64,000 nucleotides of DNA from Nitrospiraceae bacterium (GTDB lineage Bacteria; Nitrospirota; Nitrospiria; Nitrospirales; Nitrospiraceae), in contig JBFWWG010000006.1 of NCBI GenBank assembly GCA_050246315.1, positions 1 through 64,000 on the forward strand, written 5' to 3'. Of this stretch, positions 58,179 through 64,000 are shown piece by piece. Every line of letters begins with the position of its first letter. The stretch's first letter is position 1. Below the pieces are notes generated by a model. The model was not told the origin of the DNA. It saw nothing but the letters and a program-made list of their open reading frames with translations, and did not search any database. The translations under genes and the position numbers were made by a program.

Positions 58179-59222
58179 TCAACGCTCCTGCTCGCTCTTC
58201 ATCAGTTCTCGAAGCACATTGGTGGCGTAAGCACCGGGAGGGAGCGTAAACGAGAGGACGAGGGTTCGATCCCGACACTCCCAATCCAACCCAGCCAACG
58301 GCACCCGCAGCGCTCGCCGTTCTCCACGAAACCCACAGGCCTTGGCAGCGGCCGTCAACGCCTCCCTGGTCGTACCGAATGCGGCCACCGCGTCCTGCTC
58401 GATCTCTCCGGCTTCGCCCGTCGCCCAGGAAGCGCGCGAGCCGAAGAGCGGGCCGGTCGGGCTGATCTCAAACACATCGGCCCGTGGCTGCTCCTGGGCT
58501 GGATCTTCCACCGGAAAGCAGGCGCCGTTCACGACCTTGATGGCCCAGTCGCCCGACAGCATCCGATCGATCCGATCGATACGCGCAGCGAGAATGCGAT
58601 TGAACAGGTGCGCCTGATAGGCATGCAGGTACCAGAGCCGCTTGCTCCTCGACAACTTGTTGCGCCGAGCCTCATCGATCAATAACTCGGCGCCGAGCAA
58701 GTAGTTGTCCCCCTTGCGCCCCTGACGTTGCGGGCCGAAGTAATGCGGCACCCCGCGACGGACCAGTGCAGCCAGCACTGCCGGTACCCGTTCACCGGCG
58801 TCCGGCGACACCTGACGTATCACCAATCGAAACTCGTTCCCCGCGTGGTGACCGGTTCGCAGACGATTGCGATGGCGTCCCAGCACCTCGACGGCCAGAA
58901 TCCGGTCATCCGTGCGCAGGCGAGCCAGCGCCTCCGGCTTCACGCCTTGCAAGGAGACCATCTGAGTCGTTACGGCGTTCGCGTCTTTGAGCCCGGCTAC
59001 CCCGATTGCACGCGCCTTGATCCCCAAGACCGAACTCAGATGCAGGACCAATTGAGGCGTCCCAATTCCTCGCTTGGTCATTCGCAGATACAGATGCTCT
59101 CCCTCTCCGCAGGGAAGGTACAGCGGCCGCTCCGTCACATGAAAATCTTCGGGCGTGGATCGGATCGTCCCTCCGATGCCGGGAACCGACGCGGTCAGAT
59201 ACGGCCATGGCGTCGTCACCAT
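58179..59222 (-). CDS. truD: tRNA pseudouridine(13) synthase TruD
   Basis: EDFHVTE, GEGEH, AGLKD, GNEF, HYFGPQRQG, FTLPPGAYAT; start uncertain (59222/59279). Confidence 0.93.
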   Translation of the reverse strand: MVTTPWPYLTASVPGIGGTIRSTPEDFHVTERPLYLPCGEGEHLYLRMTKRGIGTPQLVLHLSSVLGIKARAIGVAGLKDANAVTTQMVSLQGVKPEALARLRTDDRILAVEVLGRHRNRLRTGHHAGNEFRLVIRQVSPDAGERVPAVLAALVRRGVPHYFGPQRQGRKGDNYLLGAELLIDEARRNKLSRSKRLWYLHAYQAHLFNRILAARIDRIDRMLSGDWAIKVVNGACFPVEDPAQEQPRADVFEISPTGPLFGSRASWATGEAGEIEQDAVAAFGTTREALTAAAKACGFRGERRALRVPLAGLDWECRDRTLVLSFTLPPGAYATNVLRELMKSEQER

Positions 59223-59330
59223 CGGCCCCGGCCGACTTCCTCGTTCGCCCCTCGTGGACAATGGTCCTGCAACCGTCATTGGGTCATTTTCCTCGCCGTC
59301 CTTCCAGCCCATGTTATACTGATCCCACTT

Positions 59331-60065
59331 GTGAGCCACTCTTGCACGTCCAGACCCTCATCGTCGAGTTCCTCCGGTCGGAACCGGCCGCCTCGCAGGA
59401 TCAGGGCGCCAATTCCGCCCTGGACGGCGGTGTGCCTTCTCCTCTTTGCTTGCAATGGGACCATTCCTCATCCCCCCGCCCAGGCAGCGCTGGTCGATCC
59501 GTTTTCTGAGATTACCGCACACGTCCGTCGCCAAGTCACGCAGGATAAGCGGGAATTCACGATCGCCGACACCTGCACCCAGTGGTTCTATCGGCAACTG
59601 CGACCTGGTCACACTCCTCCCCGACCGAGCGCCGAACCGATCGCCTGGCGGCCGTCTGAAAACAGGCTGCGTCTCAACCAGCCTGTCGCCGAGAGTGAGC
59701 CGGCCACTCCCGATTGCGCAACGCTCTATCCAAAGGGGTTGCAGGAGGCGCGGCAAGCATTCGGCTTTACCCAGACGGCGCTCTCGATCAGTTTGACGTT
59801 TTATGAGTTCGCACTCGTCGCCGACCGGGATGACGACGGACATTACAGCCAATCCGAGATCGAGGATTTTCTCCGAGCGCTCGACCTGCAGGAATCGGCC
59901 CCCGGCTCCGAAGCGGCCCATGGCCAGACCCTTACCCGCACCTTCGACCGGATCTACCTCAATCGCTCACTCGACCTCGTCGTCACGGGCATGGGACACC
60001 TGTACGACTCCGGCTATCGCCTGACCCCCGCGGACCGCAACGAGCTCGACCAGGTCACGAGATGA
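59331..60065 (+). CDS. Hypothetical lipoprotein with one EF-hand-like loop
   Basis: LLLFA-C lipobox; DRDDDGHYSQSE; ATGA coupling to the next gene; start inferred. Confidence 0.55.
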   Translation: MSHSCTSRPSSSSSSGRNRPPRRIRAPIPPWTAVCLLLFACNGTIPHPPAQAALVDPFSEITAHVRRQVTQDKREFTIADTCTQWFYRQLRPGHTPPRPSAEPIAWRPSENRLRLNQPVAESEPATPDCATLYPKGLQEARQAFGFTQTALSISLTFYEFALVADRDDDGHYSQSEIEDFLRALDLQESAPGSEAAHGQTLTRTFDRIYLNRSLDLVVTGMGHLYDSGYRLTPADRNELDQVTR

Positions 60066-60892
60066 ATGCCCGGTGGCAGGAATGGCAAGACCTCTCCCGC
60101 ATGTTTACCGGTCACGTACTGACCGCCCCGCTCCATCACCTGTTCAACCGGATGCCGCATTGGGAGTATGGGCTGGCGCGACCTCAACTGACCAGGCTGC
60201 ATTGTACCCATGCGCGCTTGACCGGACGCCGCGCCGTACACCTGACTGATCTCCATCTGGATCGCTACCAGGTCCGGCATGACAAGGTCCTCCGGATCGT
60301 GGCGGACCTCAAACCGGACTGGATCTTCATCACCGGAGATCTCCTCAATGTCCGCAGCGGGCTCCCGGCTCTCTTCCATTTCCTGTCCGGTCTCCGATGG
60401 ATCGCGCCTCTCTATATGACCCTCGGGAACCACGACCATTATAGCGGCGTCCCAGTGGACGAGTTTGCCTCGCTGGCCGACCGGCACAAAATCACGTTGC
60501 TCGTCAATCAAAGCACAGCCTTGCCGGTCAATGGCGGTGAGCTGACCATCATCGGCGTCGATGATCCGTCGCTCCACCGCGCGCGTCTCGACCAGGTGCC
60601 GCCGCCCGATCCGAATCGGTTCACGCTGCTCTTGGCCCATGCTCCGAACATCCTGCAACTCCTCCACGACGAGCACCACGTCGATCTCATCCTTACCGGG
60701 CATAGTCATGGCGGCCAATGGAGGCCGCCGTATCTCAGACCCTTCTGGTTGCCGCCGGGCTGCGCGGGCAAGCTGGGAGGACTCTATGAAGTGGGCCGGC
60801 ATCGGCTGTATGTGAATCGCGGGCTCGGCTGGTCTGCTCTGCCCCTCCGGTGGAATTGTCCGCCGGAGGTGTTGTTGATCGAATGGACCTGA
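60062..60892 (+). CDS. Metallophosphoesterase (YkuE-like)
   Basis: DLH, GD, GNHD, LAH, GHSHGGQ, NRGLG. Confidence 0.92.
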   Translation: MNARWQEWQDLSRMFTGHVLTAPLHHLFNRMPHWEYGLARPQLTRLHCTHARLTGRRAVHLTDLHLDRYQVRHDKVLRIVADLKPDWIFITGDLLNVRSGLPALFHFLSGLRWIAPLYMTLGNHDHYSGVPVDEFASLADRHKITLLVNQSTALPVNGGELTIIGVDDPSLHRARLDQVPPPDPNRFTLLLAHAPNILQLLHDEHHVDLILTGHSHGGQWRPPYLRPFWLPPGCAGKLGGLYEVGRHRLYVNRGLGWSALPLRWNCPPEVLLIEWT

Positions 60893-61124
60893 CCAGCATG
60901 GTCTCCGACGGTCCGTCGAAAAATCGCTCCCGTGGGGCGCGTCTTTCATCCACCGTCGGAAGATGGTCATTAGTCATCGGTCACTGGGCCGAATAACGAA
61001 TAAGAGGATAACGAGACGGTGAAAGCCTTTTGCCATTAACTAATGCCCCTTGACCAATGACTTCATACTCCTACCCCGATTCACGGTTGACCATTGAGGA
61101 GTGCCTCTTTTCGAGACGTCCCCT

Positions 61125-61757
61125 TTACCCGATCCGCTCCCAGGCTTCCCGCGCACGGCTGCGAACCGTCTGGTCCCAATCATCCTTCATCATGACCGCC
61201 AGTTTCTCCTTTGCCTGAATCGCCCGCATTCGTCCCAACCCCAGGGCGGCACAACTGCGGACATAGGCATGATCATCGTCCAACGCCGCCAGTAACGCCG
61301 GCACGCTTGCTGGATCATTCAGCGCGCCCAGATGGCTGGCCGCCATGCCGCGAAGGCGATGTTGTTTGTCACCCACGGCCTGCTTCAGCGTGGCGGAAAA
61401 GATGTCCGTTAACTCTCCGGCCACCTCTTCAATTCCCCGACGCTGATAGCCGTTGATTTCCACCAGTTGAAAGGCCAGGTCTCGACGTTTCTCCCAGACG
61501 CGCGTGCCCTTGAATGCGGTCAACAAGCGGGTCCGCTGCTCACGTTGTGCGCGCCGCTTGCGGATGGGACGGACTAAGAGCCACCCGCCGGTTGCCACCA
61601 CACAGGCCAGGGCCATGGCCGGCACGACCTGCTCGACGACATAGTCCTGAATATCGGGCGGAGTCCGCTTCCAGATCCACACCGCCGTCACCACCAAACC
61701 GATGAGCAGGAACACCAGGGTCAGCCGGACTTCACCCTGTTCATGACGGTGGAGCAT
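61125..61757 (-). CDS. Membrane-anchored HEAT-repeat protein
   Basis: Two N-terminal TMs; VRSCAALGLG, VRSRAREA PBS-lyase HEAT motifs. Confidence 0.8.
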   Translation of the reverse strand: MLHRHEQGEVRLTLVFLLIGLVVTAVWIWKRTPPDIQDYVVEQVVPAMALACVVATGGWLLVRPIRKRRAQREQRTRLLTAFKGTRVWEKRRDLAFQLVEINGYQRRGIEEVAGELTDIFSATLKQAVGDKQHRLRGMAASHLGALNDPASVPALLAALDDDHAYVRSCAALGLGRMRAIQAKEKLAVMMKDDWDQTVRSRAREAWERIG

Positions 61758-61877
61758 GCGGCACTATAGAAAGCGCGTCTTTGGCCCGTCAACCGCGGGA
61801 CGGTGGAATTGCCGTTCCGCCCTCCCGGCCGGCTTGACACGGTGTTCCGGTCCTTCTACGATCCGGCGCCGATCGCC

Positions 61878-62339
61878 ATGCTGCCGACGAAGTTGCCGGA
61901 CCTGAAAGACGATCCCCACCTGAAGGTGATCCGCCCGCTGGTGGAGGCCTATCTGGCCTTCTCGCGCACCGACAATCGGCACATCCGCGCGATGAAGCTC
62001 ACGTCCGCGCAATTCGACGTCATCGCGACGTTGGGCGATACGGACGGCCTCACCTGTTCGGGGCTGTCGCAGGCCACGCTCGTGACCAAGGGCACCTTGA
62101 CCGGCGTCTTGGATCGCCTGGCGGCAAAGGGATTGATCCGGCGAGATCCGGACTCGCAAGACCGACGAGCGGTGCGTATCAGGCTCACGGAGAAGGGCGA
62201 TGCCTTGTTTCGAAAGACCTATGGCGCGCATATCACATACTTGCGTCCGTTCTTTGAGCGGGCGCTCAACAAGCAACAAGCCGCCCAAGCGGCTGATTTG
62301 CTGACCCGCATCCGGAACAGTTTCACCCAGCCCCGCTGA
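61878..62339 (+). CDS. MarR-family transcriptional regulator
   Basis: LTSAQFDVI, TLTGVLDRL, DRRAVRIRLTEKG. Confidence 0.92.
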   Translation: MLPTKLPDLKDDPHLKVIRPLVEAYLAFSRTDNRHIRAMKLTSAQFDVIATLGDTDGLTCSGLSQATLVTKGTLTGVLDRLAAKGLIRRDPDSQDRRAVRIRLTEKGDALFRKTYGAHITYLRPFFERALNKQQAAQAADLLTRIRNSFTQPR

Positions 62340-62341
62340 CG

Positions 62342-63094
62342 ATGCGACTGACGGTCTTAGGATCGGGCACCAACGTACATCCTCGGCGGGCCGCCGCCGG
62401 CTATCTCGTCGAAACAGATCAGCCCTTCGTCATCGATTTCGGGCCGCGCACCCTGTCGAACCTTCTCAAGACGGGACTGGACCGTCACCGGATCACCCAT
62501 CTGCTGTTTTCGCATTTCCACGCCGACCATTTTTCGGACTTCATCACGTTCTATTTCGATGCGGTGATTCATGCGAAGCTCGTTCGCCCGCGACCCGATC
62601 TGGCGCTGATCGGCCCGCGCGGCAGCCGCCGGATCTTTCAGACCATCATCCGGACCTTTCCTTCCTTCCGAGATGCCCCGTTTCGCGTTCGCATCCAGGA
62701 GGTCGCAGACGAGACCTTTACCATCGGGCAGACCCGCATCACGGCCAGAACCGTACGCCACACGCCGCGCTTGCACTGTCTCGGCTACCGCCTGGAGCAT
62801 CAGGGCCGATCATGGGCCTACTCGGGTGATTCGCAATACTGCCCCGCCCTTCTGTCCCTCTGCGAGGACAGCGACCTCGCGGTGCTGGACTGTTCCTACC
62901 CGGCCAACCGCCCCGGCCCCGCGCACATGCACGCGGGAGAGTGCGGCCGCGTGGCCCATGAAGCGGGCGTGACGCGGCTGGTGTTATCCCATTTTTATCA
63001 ATTGGCGGAGCGGTACGACGTCAAGACGCAGGCGGGAAAGCAGTTTCGCGGAAGGATTACGCGGGCCCGCGATCTGCTGCAGATCGCGTGGTGA
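62342..63094 (+). CDS. MBL-fold metallo-hydrolase (RNase Z/BN-like)
   Basis: LGSG, SHFHADH, YSGDS, HMH, LSHF. Confidence 0.88.
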   Translation: MRLTVLGSGTNVHPRRAAAGYLVETDQPFVIDFGPRTLSNLLKTGLDRHRITHLLFSHFHADHFSDFITFYFDAVIHAKLVRPRPDLALIGPRGSRRIFQTIIRTFPSFRDAPFRVRIQEVADETFTIGQTRITARTVRHTPRLHCLGYRLEHQGRSWAYSGDSQYCPALLSLCEDSDLAVLDCSYPANRPGPAHMHAGECGRVAHEAGVTRLVLSHFYQLAERYDVKTQAGKQFRGRITRARDLLQIAW

Positions 63095-63096
63095 GA

Positions 63097-63954
63097 TTAG
63101 TCCGCGGTTTTGGCGTCCGTTTCGAGAATAGTCATGAACCGAGCCAGCCGGGCTTTCCTCAGCGGCTCTTCCATCTTGCTGTAGATCGCCACCAGATTCT
63201 TGATCGTCCGGATGAGGATCGCCCGAATGGAACTCGGCTGTAGGTAGCGGTCGTCAAAGCCATACCCGGCTTCGGTCAGAAATCGGATGCAGTTTTTTTC
63301 CGTCAGCAGGGCGCCGGAGTTGAAACAGTCGATGAAAATCTTATACCGATCCGAGTCGAACTTGACGAGGAAGTGTCCCGGCATGCCGATACCGCACACG
63401 GGCAAACCCAATCGTTGACCGATCAAGAGATAGATGGTGGACAGGCTGATCGGAATGCCGGTGCGCCGGTCAAGCACCTTGTTGATATAGCTGTTGTCGG
63501 CCTCATAGTAATTCTTGGTGTTGCCGGAATAGCCCAACTCGGCAAATAGGTAGCGGCCGAGCGCCTTGACGGTTTCCTCTCCGCTGCATCGTGGACCGAT
63601 ATAGCCTCGGACCTCGGCTGCCATGTGATCCAGTTGCCTGGTAAAATAGCCGACATCCAGATTGGGGTAGGCGTACCTCGCGATGAGAAAGACGCCCGCT
63701 TCCAAGTTCATCTGGTGATCGGGCATCACGGCCAGATCTTGCAGCTCCTGTTCCAGCTTTCCGCCGCGGATCTCTTCCAGGATGACGGCAATGCGCTGGA
63801 TCATTTCCGGTTCTTCGCGCTCCGCCTCTTGGAGCAGCGGCACGGCGCTGGTGCCCATATCCACGAGCTTCCCGGTGATCGTCCTGACAATCCGCTCGTC
63901 GTCATCACTCAGGAGACGAATCATCGCCCTGATCTGACTCTCACTCGTCGGCAT
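63097..63954 (-). CDS. SirB1/transglutaminase-like (Transglut_core2) protein
   Basis: GYSGNTKNYY, VLDRRTGIPISLS, GIGMPGHFLV. Confidence 0.88.
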   Translation of the reverse strand: MPTSESQIRAMIRLLSDDDERIVRTITGKLVDMGTSAVPLLQEAEREEPEMIQRIAVILEEIRGGKLEQELQDLAVMPDHQMNLEAGVFLIARYAYPNLDVGYFTRQLDHMAAEVRGYIGPRCSGEETVKALGRYLFAELGYSGNTKNYYEADNSYINKVLDRRTGIPISLSTIYLLIGQRLGLPVCGIGMPGHFLVKFDSDRYKIFIDCFNSGALLTEKNCIRFLTEAGYGFDDRYLQPSSIRAILIRTIKNLVAIYSKMEEPLRKARLARFMTILETDAKTAD

Positions 63955-64000
63955 CGTCCCTACCCTCTCCGCCCCGGTCGAACGGACGCTCCAGGTCATC

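Noticed and set aside
58728..59330. N-terminal 200 aa of the 445-aa ORF 58728-60065
   Set aside because: Overlaps truD on the opposite strand; the lipoprotein signal appears only after ~59331

Overview
GC-rich bacterial window. The gene content and repeat style suggest Nitrospirota (inference only). Bases ~1-42.7 kb are an accessory, almost entirely + strand envelope, secretion and signalling island with five parts. (i) A papain-like protease, a secreted partner and a Cys-rich lipoprotein lead into a two-partner secretion locus (TpsA-TpsB-TPR/CHAT protease-2xDUF928-TpsA). (ii) Three paralogous TonB-dependent receptors each carry different downstream cargo. (iii) An azol(in)e RiPP (TOMM/LAP) cluster: methyltransferase, a candidate 104-aa precursor ending ...GANSCCCTWG, a ThiF-like/RRE protein, YcaO, a SagB-type dehydrogenase and a DyP peroxidase. 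(iv) Two secreted PHM-like copper monooxygenase paralogs, and two toxin-antitoxin cassettes bounded by repeats. (v) REC-PAS proteins, a fourth TBDR, an ABC-type substrate-binding protein and a sensor kinase. Three intergenic regions share a sigma54-type promoter preceded by TGTATC-N6-GATACA boxes. Bases ~42.9-64 kb are mostly housekeeping: lolA, ftsK, rsmA, pdxA, larC, larB, gpsA, a split ArgZ/AgrE-like pair, truD, MarR, an MBL hydrolase and a SirB1-like gene. No rRNA, tRNA, CRISPR array, integrase or transposase was recognised. The most interesting hypothesis is a TBDR-flanked poly-azole RiPP whose C-terminal Gly could be a substrate of the neighbouring PHM-like enzymes; the product may be a metallophore.
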